A stretch of 64,000 bases of DNA, from positions 22,731 through 86,730 of the forward strand of contig JBIQHD010000013.1 of NCBI GenBank assembly GCA_044508835.1, in the 5' to 3' direction. The DNA comes from Rubrivivax sp. (lineage in GTDB: Bacteria; Pseudomonadota; Gammaproteobacteria; Burkholderiales; Burkholderiaceae_C). A program made the translations under genes and the position numbers. The notes below the pieces were generated by a model. The model was not told the origin of the DNA, did not search any database, and was given only the letters and a program-made list of their open reading frames with translations. Within the stretch, counting starts at the first letter, position 1, and every line of letters begins with the position of its first letter. Shown piece by piece: positions 40,223-50,517 of this stretch.

Positions 40223-41893
40223 TCAGGCGGGTGCGGGCGCGCCCGCCTGCGCGGCCGCCAGCGCCAGCGGCAGGTCGGGCCACAGGTTGTCCTCGCCCAG
40301 CACGGCCTCGAAGCCGGCGCGCCGCATGAGGCCCCGCGGCTGGTCGTTCACGTCGCACAGCAGCAGCCGCACGCCCTGGCGCTGCAGCGCGCGGTGCAGT
40401 TGCTCCAGCGCGTCCAGGCCGCTGGTGTCCATGGACACCAGCCGGTGCATCTCGAGCACCACCGCCCGCGTGCCCGCCGGCAGGCCGTCGGCCACGGCCT
40501 CCAGCTTGGCGACGGCGCCGAAGAACAGCGTGCCGTAGAGCCGGCGCACCTGCACGCCCGCCGGCGCCTCGGCCGCCGGCTCGACGCGGAACAGCGTGCT
40601 CATGCGGTAGATGAAGAACACGCAGGCGAGGATGAGCCCGGCCTGCACCGCCACCGTGAGGTCGAACACCACGGTGAGCGCGAAGGTGCCGAGCAGGATG
40701 GTGCGGTAGGGCAGGTTGAAGTGCCGCAGCCGGGCGAACTCGCGCCATTCGCCCATGTTCCAGGCGATGTAGAGCAGGATGCCGGCCAGCGCCGCCAGCG
40801 GCACGTGCACCGCCAGCGGCGCGGCGGCGAGCACCACGAGCAGCAGCGTGAACGCATGCACGATGCCGGCCACGGGGGTGGAGGCGCCGGCGCGCACGTT
40901 GGTCATGGTGCGCGCGATGGTGCCGGTGACCGGCAGCCCGCCGACGAGCGGCGAGGCCATGTTGGCCAGGCCCTGCGCCATCAGCTCCTGGTTGGGGTCG
41001 TGCCGCGGGGCCTCGATGGCGCCATCGGCCACGCGGGCGCACAGCAGCGACTCGATGGCGCCCAGCAGCGCGATGGTGACGGTGGGGATCAGCAGCTGCT
41101 TGGCGCTCTGCCAGCTGAAGGGCGGCAGCTCCAGGCTCGGCAGGCTTTGCGGAATGCCGCCGAAACGCGAGCCGATGGTGTCCACCGGCAGGTGCAGCAG
41201 CGCGGTGGCCAGCGTGGCGAGCGCCAGCGCCACCACGGTGCCCGGCACGCGCGTGAGCCACAGGCGCCAGCGCGGCTCGGCGGCGTCGGCCAGCAGGCGC
41301 GGCTTGGGCCAGCTCCAGACGAGGGCGAGGCAGGCCAGCCCGATGGCCACCGCCGTCGGGTTGACGGTGTGCAGGTGGCTGGCGAGCACGCCGATCTGCG
41401 TGAAGAAGTCGGCCGGCAGCGTGTCGATGCGCAGGCCCAGCAGGTCCTTCACCTGCGACAGCGCGATCAGCACCGCGATGCCGTTGGTGAAGCCGATGAC
41501 GATGCTCACCGGGATGTATCGCACCAGCGCGCCGAGCTTGAGCGCGCCCAGCGCCGCCAGCAGCACGCCGGCGAAGAAGGTGGCGATCAGCAGGTTCGTC
41601 AGGCCGTAGCGCTGCACGATGCCGTAGACGATGACGATGAAGGCGCCGGCCGGCCCGCCGATCTGCACCTGCGAGCCGCCGAGCGCCGAGACGATGAAGC
41701 CGCCGACGATGGCGGTGAAGATGCCCTGCTCGGGCTTCACGCCCGAGGCGATGGCGAAGGCCATGGCCAGGGGCAGTGCGACGATGCCGACCGTCAGCCC
41801 CGCGCCGAGGTCGGCGGCGAAGCGGCGGGCGTCGTAGTCCTTCAGCGCGTCGAGCAGGCGCGGGCGGAAGGGATGGAGCTGGGGAAGGGACAT
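40223..41893 (-). CDS. SulP-family inorganic anion transporter with a C-terminal STAS domain
   Basis: The N-terminus contains DLGAGLTVGIVALPLAMAFAIASG. It has about 10-12 TM segments. The C-terminal STAS-like region reads FFGAV..LE......AVVLEM..L..MDTSGLDAL..L. The ATG at 41893 has a GGAGG Shine-Dalgarno sequence. Confidence 0.88.
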   Translation of the reverse strand: MSLPQLHPFRPRLLDALKDYDARRFAADLGAGLTVGIVALPLAMAFAIASGVKPEQGIFTAIVGGFIVSALGGSQVQIGGPAGAFIVIVYGIVQRYGLTNLLIATFFAGVLLAALGALKLGALVRYIPVSIVIGFTNGIAVLIALSQVKDLLGLRIDTLPADFFTQIGVLASHLHTVNPTAVAIGLACLALVWSWPKPRLLADAAEPRWRLWLTRVPGTVVALALATLATALLHLPVDTIGSRFGGIPQSLPSLELPPFSWQSAKQLLIPTVTIALLGAIESLLCARVADGAIEAPRHDPNQELMAQGLANMASPLVGGLPVTGTIARTMTNVRAGASTPVAGIVHAFTLLLVVLAAAPLAVHVPLAALAGILLYIAWNMGEWREFARLRHFNLPYRTILLGTFALTVVFDLTVAVQAGLILACVFFIYRMSTLFRVEPAAEAPAGVQVRRLYGTLFFGAVAKLEAVADGLPAGTRAVVLEMHRLVSMDTSGLDALEQLHRALQRQGVRLLLCDVNDQPRGLMRRAGFEAVLGEDNLWPDLPLALAAAQAGAPAPA

Positions 41894-42028
41894 GGAACCT
41901 CCGGGTCGACACGGTGCGGAAAGGCGCACGGTGCCGATGGAGGTCCGCAGTGGCGCAGGCGCGCGATGAAGCGCCGCCGCCGCGAGAGACGCCGGGGACA
42001 GAAGGCGGTGCCGGCCGTCACGGCGATG

Positions 42029-44071
42029 TCAGCGCACCCGCAGGCCCGGCGTGGCGCCGGGCCAGGGTTCGAGGAGGTACAGGCCCGGGTGGGCCTTCTC
42101 GTCGCCGTGCGAGGCGGCGAGCACCATGCCTTCGCTCAGGCCGAACTTCATCTTGCGCGGTGCGAGGTTGGCCACCATCACGGTGAACTTGCCGACCAGG
42201 TCCTCGGGCCGGTAGGCCGCCTTGATGCCGCTGAAGACGTTGCGCGTCCTGGCCTCGCCCACGTCGAGCGTGAGGCGCAGCAGCTTGTCGGAGCCCTCGA
42301 CCGCCGCGCAGTCGACGATCCTGGCGATGCGCAGGTCGACGCGGGCGAAGTCGTCGATCCCGATCTCCGGCGCCAGCGCCTCGCCGCCCGGCGGCGGCAG
42401 CTCGATCTGCGGCGGCTCGAAGAGGGCGTCCAGCAGCTTCGGGTCGACGCGCTGCATCAGGTGCTGGTAGGCGCCGATGCGGTGGGCGCCGAGCGCGCGC
42501 TGGGCGTCGTCGAAGGCGAGCGGCTCGATCCGCAGGAAGGCCTCGACCTGCGCCGCCAGCGCCGGCAGCACCGGCTTCAGGTAGACGGTGAGCACGCGGA
42601 AGGCCTCGATGCAGACGGTGCACACGTCGTGCAGCACCGCCGCGCGGTCGGCGTGCTTGGCGAGCTCCCAGGGCTTGTGCTGGTCGACGTACTCGTTCAC
42701 CCGGTCGGCCAGCAGCATGACGTCGCGCAGCGCCTTGCCGAACTCGCGCTCCTCGTAGAGCCGGCCGATGGGCTCGCCGCCGGCGCGCAGCGCGTCCAGC
42801 AGCGCGCGGCCTTCCACGCCCACGTCGGCCGAGAGCATGCCGTCGAAGCGCTTGGCGATGAAGCCGGCGGCGCGGCTGGCGATGTTGACGTACTTGCCCA
42901 CGAGGTCGCTGTTGACTCGGGCGATGAAGTCGTCGGGGTTGAAGTCGATGTCCTCGTTGCGCGCGTTCAGCTTGGCGGCGATGTAGTAGCGCAGCCATTC
43001 GGCGTTCATGCCGAGCTCGAGGTACGCAAGCGGCGAGATGCCGGTGCCGCGGCTCTTGCTCATCTTCTCGCCGCTGACGGTGATGAAGCCGTGCACGTTC
43101 ACCTTGTCCGGCACCTTGCGGCCGGAGAAGTGCAGCATCGCCGGCCAGAACAGCGTGTGGAAGTAGGTGATGTCCTTGCCGATGAAGTGGACCTGCTCCA
43201 CCGCCGGGTCGGCCATGAAGGCGTCGAAGTCGCGGCCGGTCCTGTCGAAGTAGTTCTTCAGCGAGGCGAGGTAGCCGATGGGCGCGTCCAGCCAGACGTA
43301 GAAGTACTTGCCCGGCGCGTCGGGGATCTCAATGCCGAAGTAGGGCGCGTCGCGGCTGATGTCCCAGTCCGACAGGCCGCCGTGGCCATGCTCGTCGACC
43401 TCGAACCACTCCTTGATCTTGTTCAGCACCTCCGGCTGCAGCCGGCCGGGCTCGGTGGTCCAGGCCTTGAGGAAGTCGATGCAGCGCTGCGACGAGAGCT
43501 GGAAGAAGTAGTGCTCGCTCGACTTCATCACCGGCGTGGCGCCGGTGAGCGTGGAGAACGGGTTCTTCAGGTCGGTGGGCGCGTACACCGCGCCGCAGAC
43601 CTCGCAGCTGTCGCCGTACTGGTCCTTCGCGCCGCACTTGGGGCACTCGCCCTTGATGTAGCGGTCGGGCAGGAACATGCCCTTGACCGGGTCGAAGAAC
43701 TGCTCGATGGCACGCACCGTGATGAGGCCTTCGCGGCGCAGGGCGAGGTAGATCTCCCTGGCGAGCGCATGGTTCTCGGGGCCGTCGGTGGAGTGCCAGT
43801 TGTCGAAGCCGATGTGGAAGCCGTCGAGGTACTGCTTGCGGCCCGCGGCGATCTCGGCCACGAACTGCTGCGGCGTCTTGCCCGCCTTCTCGGCGGCGAT
43901 CATGATGGGCGCGCCGTGGGCGTCGTCGGCGCCGACGAAGTGCACCTCGTGGCCCTGCATGCGCTGGAAGCGCACCCAGATGTCGGCCTGGATGTACTCC
44001 ATCATGTGCCCGACGTGGAACGGCGCGTTGGCGTAGGGCAGGGCGGTGGTGACGAAAAGCTTGCGCGACAT
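42029..44071 (-). CDS. metG: Methionine--tRNA ligase
   Basis: The HIGH motif is [11 protein letters not shown] and the KMSKS motif is present as KMSKS. A CPKCG...C..CG zinc knuckle is present. The C-terminal tRNA-binding (Trbp111-like) domain contains [11 protein letters not shown]. Confidence 0.96.
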   Translation of the reverse strand: MSRKLFVTTALPYANAPFHVGHMMEYIQADIWVRFQRMQGHEVHFVGADDAHGAPIMIAAEKAGKTPQQFVAEIAAGRKQYLDGFHIGFDNWHSTDGPENHALAREIYLALRREGLITVRAIEQFFDPVKGMFLPDRYIKGECPKCGAKDQYGDSCEVCGAVYAPTDLKNPFSTLTGATPVMKSSEHYFFQLSSQRCIDFLKAWTTEPGRLQPEVLNKIKEWFEVDEHGHGGLSDWDISRDAPYFGIEIPDAPGKYFYVWLDAPIGYLASLKNYFDRTGRDFDAFMADPAVEQVHFIGKDITYFHTLFWPAMLHFSGRKVPDKVNVHGFITVSGEKMSKSRGTGISPLAYLELGMNAEWLRYYIAAKLNARNEDIDFNPDDFIARVNSDLVGKYVNIASRAAGFIAKRFDGMLSADVGVEGRALLDALRAGGEPIGRLYEEREFGKALRDVMLLADRVNEYVDQHKPWELAKHADRAAVLHDVCTVCIEAFRVLTVYLKPVLPALAAQVEAFLRIEPLAFDDAQRALGAHRIGAYQHLMQRVDPKLLDALFEPPQIELPPPGGEALAPEIGIDDFARVDLRIARIVDCAAVEGSDKLLRLTLDVGEARTRNVFSGIKAAYRPEDLVGKFTVMVANLAPRKMKFGLSEGMVLAASHGDEKAHPGLYLLEPWPGATPGLRVR

Positions 44072-44201
44072 CAGACGGTGTGCTTCGGGAAAGCGCGAAT
44101 TCTAGGCCGCCCCCGGGCGCGGCCGGCCCGAAGGCGCCGGGGTCAAGGCCCCTCGGCTAGACTGGCCCGACCCGATTCCACCACCCGGCGAACCCGCTCC
44201 C

Positions 44202-45293
44202 ATGGCCCTTTCCGAAGCCGCGCTGCTCGATGCGCTGAAGACCGTCGTCGACCCCAACACCGGCACCGATTTCGTGTCCGCCAAGCAGCTGAAGAACCTG
44301 CGCATCGACGGCGGCGCGGTCAGCTTCGAGGTGGAACTCGGCTACCCGGCCAGGAGCCAGCTCGCCGCGCTGAAGGCCTCGCTCGAGGCCGCCGCGCGCG
44401 GCGTGCCCGGCGTGGAGCGGGTCCAAGCCTCGCTGCAGACCAAGGTCGTCGCCCACGCCGTGCAGCGCGGCGTGCAGCTGCTGCCGGGCGTGAAGAACAT
44501 CGTGGCGGTGGCCTCCGGCAAGGGCGGCGTGGGCAAGAGCACCACGGCGGTGAACCTGGCGCTGGCGCTGGCCGCCGAGGGCGCGAGCGTGGGCATCCTC
44601 GACGCCGACATCTACGGCCCCAGCCAGCCGATGATGATGGGCATCCAGGGCCGGCCCGAATCGGCCGACGGCAAGACCATGGAGCCGCTGGCCAACTACG
44701 GCGTGCAGGTCATGTCGATCGGCTTCCTGGTCGACGCCGACCAGGCCATGGTCTGGCGCGGCCCCATGGCCACCCAGGCGCTCGACCAGCTGCTGCGCCA
44801 GACCAACTGGCGCGAGCTCGACTACCTCGTCGTCGACATGCCGCCGGGCACCGGCGACATCCAGCTCACCCTCAGCCAGAAGGTGCCGCTCACCGGCGCG
44901 GTGATCGTGACCACGCCGCAGGACATCGCCCTGCTCGACGCCCGCAAGGGCCTGAAGATGTTCGAGAAGGTGGGCGTGCCCATCCTCGGCATCGTCGAGA
45001 ATATGGCGGTGCACGTGTGCACGAACTGCGGCCACGTGGAGCACATCTTCGGCGCCGAGGGCGGCAAGAAGATGGCGGCGCAGTACGGGGTCGACTATCT
45101 CGGCGCGCTGCCGCTGAACCTGTCGATCCGCGAGCAGGCCGACAGCGGCCGCCCGAGCGTGGTGAGCGATCCGGACGGGGAGATCGCCGGGCTCTACAAG
45201 GCGGTGGCGCGGGGGGTGGCGGTGAAGATCGCGCAGCGCGCGAAGGACTTCTCGTCCAAGTTCCCGACGATCACGATCTCGAAGAACACCTGA
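44202..45293 (+). CDS. apbC: Iron-sulfur cluster carrier protein ApbC/Mrp
   Basis: An N-terminal DUF59-like segment precedes the deviant Walker A ASGKGGVGKSTTAVNLA. The CTNCGH cluster-binding motif and DMPPGTGD are also present. Confidence 0.93.
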   Translation: MALSEAALLDALKTVVDPNTGTDFVSAKQLKNLRIDGGAVSFEVELGYPARSQLAALKASLEAAARGVPGVERVQASLQTKVVAHAVQRGVQLLPGVKNIVAVASGKGGVGKSTTAVNLALALAAEGASVGILDADIYGPSQPMMMGIQGRPESADGKTMEPLANYGVQVMSIGFLVDADQAMVWRGPMATQALDQLLRQTNWRELDYLVVDMPPGTGDIQLTLSQKVPLTGAVIVTTPQDIALLDARKGLKMFEKVGVPILGIVENMAVHVCTNCGHVEHIFGAEGGKKMAAQYGVDYLGALPLNLSIREQADSGRPSVVSDPDGEIAGLYKAVARGVAVKIAQRAKDFSSKFPTITISKNT

Positions 45294-45317
45294 GGCGCCG
45301 GCCCGGCGGGCCGTCGT

Positions 45318-45845
45318 TCAGGCGGGGTGCGCCATGTTGCGGATGTAGGTCGGGCCGGCGCGGCGCTCGATCTCCTCGAGCAGCGGCTTCTTCCAGCCGA
45401 GCGCGAACAGGATCTCGGCGGTGACGAACATCGGCCCGACCAGCAGGCCGGCCAGGTCGTCGACGAAGGCGGGCTTGCGGCCCTCGTACCAGTGGCCGAC
45501 GAACTGGATGATCCAGCCGACCACGAACAGGACGATGCCCCAGGCCAGCCAGGCCGCCACGGTGCCGGCCGCCAGCGGATGCGCCAGCCAGACCAGCACG
45601 CCGGTGGCGAGGCTCACCGCGGCGCCGAGCACCAGGTCGCCGCGCGTCAGCCACCAGGCTGCGGCGGCGGCGAAGGCCACCCAGGCCGGCGTGAGCGCCA
45701 GGCCGCCGACGGCGAAGTCGGGCCGCGCCAGCAGCACGCCGATGGCGAAGACGATCATCGGCACGCCGATCAGGTGGGTGGTGATGTTGCGCCGGTCGCG
45801 GTGGTATTGGGCGTACTGGGTCAGGAGGTCGATGGCCTGGCGCAT
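45318..45845 (-). CDS. DUF962 (Mpo1-like) membrane protein
   Basis: [16 protein letters not shown] and [15 protein letters not shown] are the conserved His motifs of the family. The protein has four hydrophobic helices. Confidence 0.75.
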   Translation of the reverse strand: MRQAIDLLTQYAQYHRDRRNITTHLIGVPMIVFAIGVLLARPDFAVGGLALTPAWVAFAAAAAWWLTRGDLVLGAAVSLATGVLVWLAHPLAAGTVAAWLAWGIVLFVVGWIIQFVGHWYEGRKPAFVDDLAGLLVGPMFVTAEILFALGWKKPLLEEIERRAGPTYIRNMAHPA

Positions 45846-45944
45846 GGGTTTCTCCCATCGGATGGACACACAACTGTCGCACAGCAAGCGGCGGGCCGCG
45901 TGCGCGGCGTCCCTAAAATCGGCCTCTTTTCGCAGGGCCTGCGC

Positions 45945-46514
45945 ATGAGCATCAAGAGCGACAAGTGGATCCGCCGCATGGCCGAGGCGCACGGCATGAT
46001 CGAGCCGTTCGAGCCCGGCCAAGTGCGTCATTCGCCCGACGGCCAGCGCATCGTGAGCTACGGCACCAGCAGCTACGGGTACGACATCCGCTGCGCGCCG
46101 GAGTTCAAGGTCTTCACCAACATCTACAGCACGGTGGTCGACCCGAAGAACTTCGACGAGAAGAGCTTCGTGGACATCCGTTCCGACGTCTGCATCATCC
46201 CGCCCAACAGCTTCGCGCTGGCGCGCACGGTGGAGTACTTCCGCATCCCGCGCAACGTGCTGACCATATGCCTGGGCAAGAGCACCTACGCCCGGTGCGG
46301 GATCATCGTCAACGTCACGCCCTTCGAGCCCGAGTGGGAGGGCTACGTGACGCTGGAGTTCAGCAACACCACGCCGCTGCCGGCCAAGATCTACGCCGGC
46401 GAGGGCTGCGCCCAGGTGCTCTTCTTCGAGAGCGACGAGGTCTGCGAGACGAGCTACAAGGACCGGGGCGGCAAGTACCAGGGCCAGCGCGGCGTCACCC
46501 TGCCCAAGACCTGA
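45945..46514 (+). CDS. dcd: dCTP deaminase
   Basis: [13 protein letters not shown]...SYGYD.R....F..F...VDPK...[17 protein letters not shown]......[27 protein letters not shown] matches Dcd over its full length. Confidence 0.95.
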   Translation: MSIKSDKWIRRMAEAHGMIEPFEPGQVRHSPDGQRIVSYGTSSYGYDIRCAPEFKVFTNIYSTVVDPKNFDEKSFVDIRSDVCIIPPNSFALARTVEYFRIPRNVLTICLGKSTYARCGIIVNVTPFEPEWEGYVTLEFSNTTPLPAKIYAGEGCAQVLFFESDEVCETSYKDRGGKYQGQRGVTLPKT

Positions 46515-46632
46515 GCCGGGGCGCCGCGGCGTCCCGTCCTACCCGAAATTCATCCTTGCCGGAAGCGCGGACTCGCGCGGTGACACTACGATCCGCGAGC
46601 AGCCGGCGAGACGCAGACGGCGAGGAGAACCC

Positions 46633-47505
46633 ATGAGGTGGCAGGGCAACCGTGAAAGCAGCAACGTCGAGGACGCCCGCGCGGGCGGCGGCCGCGGCGG
46701 CCTGCGCGTGGGCGGCGGGCGCGGGCTGAGCCTGGGCACCATCGCCGTGGCGCTGGTCGCCGGCTGGATCTTCGGCATCAACCCGCTCACGCTGCTGGGC
46801 ATGCTCGACGGCGGCGGCCCGGCGCAGGTGCAGCAGGCCCCGGCGGGCGCGCCGCCGAAGGACGACGAGATGGCCCGCTTCGTCTCGGTGGTGCTGGCCG
46901 ACACCGAGGACGTGTGGAAGGCGCAGTTCCAGCAGCTCGGCACCGTCTACCGCGAGCCCAAGCTGCGGCTGTTCCGCGGCAGCGAGCCCACGGCCTGCGG
47001 CACCGGCCAGGCGGCGATGGGGCCGTTCTACTGCCCCGGCGACGAGAAGGTCTACATCGACCTGTCGTTCTACGAGACGATGCGCACCCGCCTGGGCGCG
47101 CCGGGCGACTTCGCCCAGGCCTACGTGATCGCGCACGAGGTGGCGCACCACGTGCAGAACCTCCTGGGCATCACCGGCAAGGTCGACGCCCTGCGCGGGC
47201 GCGTCAGCCAGGCGCAGCAGAACGCGATGAGCGTGCGCCTGGAACTGCAGGCCGACTGCCTGGCCGGCGTGTGGGCCTACCACGCGCACCAGGCGCGGCA
47301 GATCCTGGAGCAGGGCGACGTGGAGGAGGCGCTGAACGCCGCCTCGCAGATCGGCGACGACGCGCTGCAGCGCAGGTCGCGCGGCACCGTGCAGCCCGAG
47401 AGTTTCACCCACGGCACGAGCGCGCAGCGCGTGTCTTGGTTCAAGCGCGGCCTGGCCAGCGGCAAGGTCGCGCAATGCAATACCTTCGACGCGCAGCAGC
47501 TGTAG
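46633..47505 (+). CDS. ypfJ: Neutral zinc metallopeptidase, YpfJ family
   Basis: MRWQGNRESSNVEDAR...GPFYCPGDEKVYIDLSF...AYVIAHEVAHHVQN (HExxH)...LELQADC..GVW match the family. Confidence 0.88.
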   Translation: MRWQGNRESSNVEDARAGGGRGGLRVGGGRGLSLGTIAVALVAGWIFGINPLTLLGMLDGGGPAQVQQAPAGAPPKDDEMARFVSVVLADTEDVWKAQFQQLGTVYREPKLRLFRGSEPTACGTGQAAMGPFYCPGDEKVYIDLSFYETMRTRLGAPGDFAQAYVIAHEVAHHVQNLLGITGKVDALRGRVSQAQQNAMSVRLELQADCLAGVWAYHAHQARQILEQGDVEEALNAASQIGDDALQRRSRGTVQPESFTHGTSAQRVSWFKRGLASGKVAQCNTFDAQQL

Positions 47506-47533
47506 CGGCGCGCCGTCCTACCGGGGATCTTCC

Positions 47534-47899
47534 ATGCGATCAGTCGTACGCTCGGAACCCGTCATCCACGCCTGGTTCGACCTGATCGAGCCCGACCAGC
47601 AGGAGGTGGCCCGCGCGCTGCGCGACGCCCTCATGAACGCCGAGCCCGCGCTGGTGCCGGTGGTGAAGTGGGGCAACCTCGTCTTCACGCTCGGCGGCCA
47701 GCATGCCTTCGCGCTGGCCGTGCACCGCGGGCACGTGAACCTGCAGGTGTTCAACGGCGCCGACCTGGCCGACCGCTTTCCGGAGCTGGAGGGCAGCAGC
47801 CGCGGCTCGCGCCAGATCAAGTTCAGGCTGCGCCAGCCGATCGACGAGGCGCTGGTGCGCGAGGTGGTGCTGGCCTCGGCCGAGCTGATGGCGCACTGA
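47534..47899 (+). CDS. DUF1801-domain protein
   Basis: The 121-aa protein contains KWGNLVFTLGG...VNLQVFNGADL. This is a family assignment from pattern memory only. Confidence 0.55.
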   Translation: MRSVVRSEPVIHAWFDLIEPDQQEVARALRDALMNAEPALVPVVKWGNLVFTLGGQHAFALAVHRGHVNLQVFNGADLADRFPELEGSSRGSRQIKFRLRQPIDEALVREVVLASAELMAH

Positions 47900-47943
47900 G
47901 TGGCGCCCCCGGCGCGGTGTACCGCGCCACCCACCGAGGGGGT

Positions 47944-47981
47944 GCTCAGCCGGCTTGGGGCGGCCCGGCGCTCGGCTGAGC
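47944..47981. terminator. Stem-loop between convergent genes (possible bidirectional terminator)
   Basis: GCTCAGCCG (47944-47952) pairs with CGGCTGAGC (47973-47981). The loop is GC-rich and there is no clear U-tract on either side. Confidence 0.3.
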
Positions 47982-48003
47982 GCTCGCGCCGAGTGCCCGG
48001 TCG

Positions 48004-49155
48004 TCAGTCGGGATGGGTGCCCGGGATCAGGATGCGCCGGTCCACGGTGTGGATGTCGGTGTGGCCGCAGAAGGCCATCGTGATGTCGAGCTCCTTCTGG
48101 AGGATCTCCAGGCAGCGGGTGACGCCCGCCTCGCCCATGGCGCCCAGGCCGTAGAGGAACGAGCGGCCGATCAGCGTGCCGCGCGCGCCGAGCGCCACGG
48201 CCTTGAGCACGTCCTGCCCGGAGCGGATGCCGCCGTCCATCCACACCTCGATGCGCGAGCCGACCTCGCGGGCGATCTCGGGCAGGGCCGCGATCGACGA
48301 CGGCGCGCCGTCGAGCTGGCGCCCGCCGTGGTTGGAGACGATGAGCGCGTCGGCCCCGGTGTCGGCCGCGTGGCGGGCGTCCTCGGCGTCCATCACGCCC
48401 TTCAGGATCAGCTTGCCGCCCCAGCGCTTCTTGATCCACTCGACGTCGCCCCAGTTCAGGCGCGGGTCGAACTGCTCGGCCGTCCAGGACGAGAGCGAGG
48501 ACAGGTCGCTGACGTTCTTCGCGTGGCCGACGATGTTGCCGAAGCTGCGCCGCTTCGTGCCCAGCATCCCCAGGCACCAGCGCGGCTTGGTGGCCAGGTT
48601 GAGCAGGTTGCCGAGGGTGGGCTTGGGCGGCGTGGTCAGGCCGTTGCGGATGTCCTTGTGGCGCTGGCCCAGCACCTGCAGGTCGAGCGTGAGCATCAGC
48701 GCGCCGCAGCCGGCGGCGCGGGCGCGCTCGATCAGGCGCTCGATGAAGTCGCGGTCGCGCATCACGTAGAGCTGGAACCAGAACGGCGCCTTGGTGTGCG
48801 CCGCCACGTCCTCGATCGAGCAGATGCTCATGGTCGACAGCGTGAACGGCACGCCGAACTTCTCGGCCGCGCGGGCGGCGAGGATCTCGCCGTCGGCATG
48901 CATCATCCCGGTGTTGCCGGTGGGCGCGATGGCCACCGGCATGGCCACGTCCACGCCGACCATCGTCGTGCGCGTGCTGCGGTTGTCCATGTTCACCGCC
49001 ACGCGCTGGCGCAGCTTGATGCGCTGGAAGTCTTCCTCGTTGGCGCGGTAGGTGCTCTCGGTGTAGGAGCCGGCGTCGGCGTAGTCGTAGAACATGCGCG
49101 GCACGCGCTTCCGGGCGAGGGCGCGCAGCTCTTCGATGTGGGTGATGACGGGCAC
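48004..49155 (-). CDS. FMN-dependent alpha-hydroxy acid dehydrogenase (L-lactate dehydrogenase LldD-like)
   Basis: FDYADAGSYTESTYRAN, MPVAIAPTG, STMS, WFQLY, TLD....G.R..D.RNG, SNHGGRQLD and GIRSG.DV.KA.ALGA match the family. The inferred GTG start at 49155 lies 7 nt after AGGAGA. There is no in-frame ATG at the homologous N-terminus. Confidence 0.9.
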   Translation of the reverse strand: MPVITHIEELRALARKRVPRMFYDYADAGSYTESTYRANEEDFQRIKLRQRVAVNMDNRSTRTTMVGVDVAMPVAIAPTGNTGMMHADGEILAARAAEKFGVPFTLSTMSICSIEDVAAHTKAPFWFQLYVMRDRDFIERLIERARAAGCGALMLTLDLQVLGQRHKDIRNGLTTPPKPTLGNLLNLATKPRWCLGMLGTKRRSFGNIVGHAKNVSDLSSLSSWTAEQFDPRLNWGDVEWIKKRWGGKLILKGVMDAEDARHAADTGADALIVSNHGGRQLDGAPSSIAALPEIAREVGSRIEVWMDGGIRSGQDVLKAVALGARGTLIGRSFLYGLGAMGEAGVTRCLEILQKELDITMAFCGHTDIHTVDRRILIPGTHPD

Positions 49156-49199
49156 GGTGGGATCTCCTGGGGCGAGGGCACCGATCCTACCGGCCGCGT

Positions 49200-50420
49200 T
49201 CAGCCCGGCTCGTGCGGCAGCGCGTCGAACAGCGGCAGCGGCTCGAACACCGGTTCGCGCGCCGCGGGCGGCCCGGGCGGCCGCCCGGGGCCGACGAGGT
49301 CGGCCAGCCGCGCCAGGTTGCCCGCGCGCACGCCCAGCAGCCGCAGGCGCCGCGACAGGTCCACGCGCTTGAGGCACTCGCCCGCCGCGCGGCGGATGCT
49401 GCGGGCGTCCAGCGTGTGCGCCGCCAGCGTGAGGTCGCGCGTGACGATGCGGAAGTCGTCGAAGCGCAGCTTGATGCCGATGGTCTTGCCGGCGTAGCCC
49501 TTGCGCTCCAGGTCGCCGGCGAGCTGCACGCACAGCTCGGTGAAGATGGCGCCCAGTTGCGCCCGGTCGCGCACGGCGTGCAGGTCGCGCTCGAAGGTGG
49601 TCTCGCGGCTGATGGACTTGGGCTCGCTGGCGGTGACCACCGGCCGCTCGTCGCGGCCGTGCGCCATGGCGTGCAGCCAGGCGCCGTAGCTGCGGCCGAA
49701 CTGCTCGACGAGGAACGCCGGGTCGGCCGCGGCCACGTCGCCGATGGTGTGCAGCCCGAGGCCCGCGAGCTTCTGCGCCGCCTTCGGCCCGACGCCGTTG
49801 ACCTTGCGCGCCGCCAGCGGCCAGATGCGCGCCGGGATGTCGTCCGGCGACAGCAGCGTCAGCCCGTCGGGCTTGTCGAGCTCGGAGCCGATCTTGGCGA
49901 GCAGCTTGTTCGGCGTGACGGCGATCGAGCAGGTGAGCCCCGTGGCCGCGCGCACCGCGTCCTTCAGCCGCCGCGCCACGGCCCGGCCGCCGTCGGCCTG
50001 GGCGCCCGGCGCCTCGGTGAGGTCGACGTAGATCTCGTCGATGCCGCGGTCCTCCATCACCGGGGCGATCTCGCGCACGGCGGCCTTGAACAGGCGCGAG
50101 TAGCGGCGGTATTCGTCGAAGTCGACCGGCAGCAGCACGGCGTCGGGCGCGAGCTGCGCTGCCTTCATCGTCCCCATGGCCGAATGCACGCCCAGCGCGC
50201 GGGCCTCGTAGGTGGAGGTGGTGATGACGCCGCGGCCGGCGTAGTCGCGCAGGCGGGCGTAGCGGAAGCCGCCGCCGGGCAACGGTTCGGGCTGGTGGCG
50301 CCGCCCGCCGCCGATGACCACCGGCAGGCCGCGCAGGTCCGGGTAGCGCAGCAGTTCGACCGATGCGTAGAACGCATCCATGTCGAGGTGGGCGATCAGG
50401 CGGCGGGGCGAGTCGGGCAC
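49200..50420 (-). CDS. dinB: DNA polymerase IV
   Basis: IAHLDMDAFYASVE, PVVIGG, ITTSTYEARALGV, SIDEIYVDLT and IAVTPNKLLAKIGSEL match DinB. The start codon is GTG at 50420, because the first in-frame ATG would remove conserved residues. Confidence 0.93.
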   Translation of the reverse strand: MPDSPRRLIAHLDMDAFYASVELLRYPDLRGLPVVIGGGRRHQPEPLPGGGFRYARLRDYAGRGVITTSTYEARALGVHSAMGTMKAAQLAPDAVLLPVDFDEYRRYSRLFKAAVREIAPVMEDRGIDEIYVDLTEAPGAQADGGRAVARRLKDAVRAATGLTCSIAVTPNKLLAKIGSELDKPDGLTLLSPDDIPARIWPLAARKVNGVGPKAAQKLAGLGLHTIGDVAAADPAFLVEQFGRSYGAWLHAMAHGRDERPVVTASEPKSISRETTFERDLHAVRDRAQLGAIFTELCVQLAGDLERKGYAGKTIGIKLRFDDFRIVTRDLTLAAHTLDARSIRRAAGECLKRVDLSRRLRLLGVRAGNLARLADLVGPGRPPGPPAAREPVFEPLPLFDALPHEPG

Positions 50421-50517
50421 GGCAGGACGCGGCGTCGCGCCCGTGGGGTCGATCCGGGGACTGTATGTCCGACCAGTGGTCGCCGCAAGCCGGCGCGGGG
50501 GCGGCCCGCTGCGGCAC

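Noticed and set aside
46515-46632. A GC-rich near-palindrome (GGGGCGCCGCGGCGTCCC) after dcd as a possible intrinsic terminator.
   Set aside because: The loop would be too small and no U-tract follows. The evidence is not strong enough to call it.
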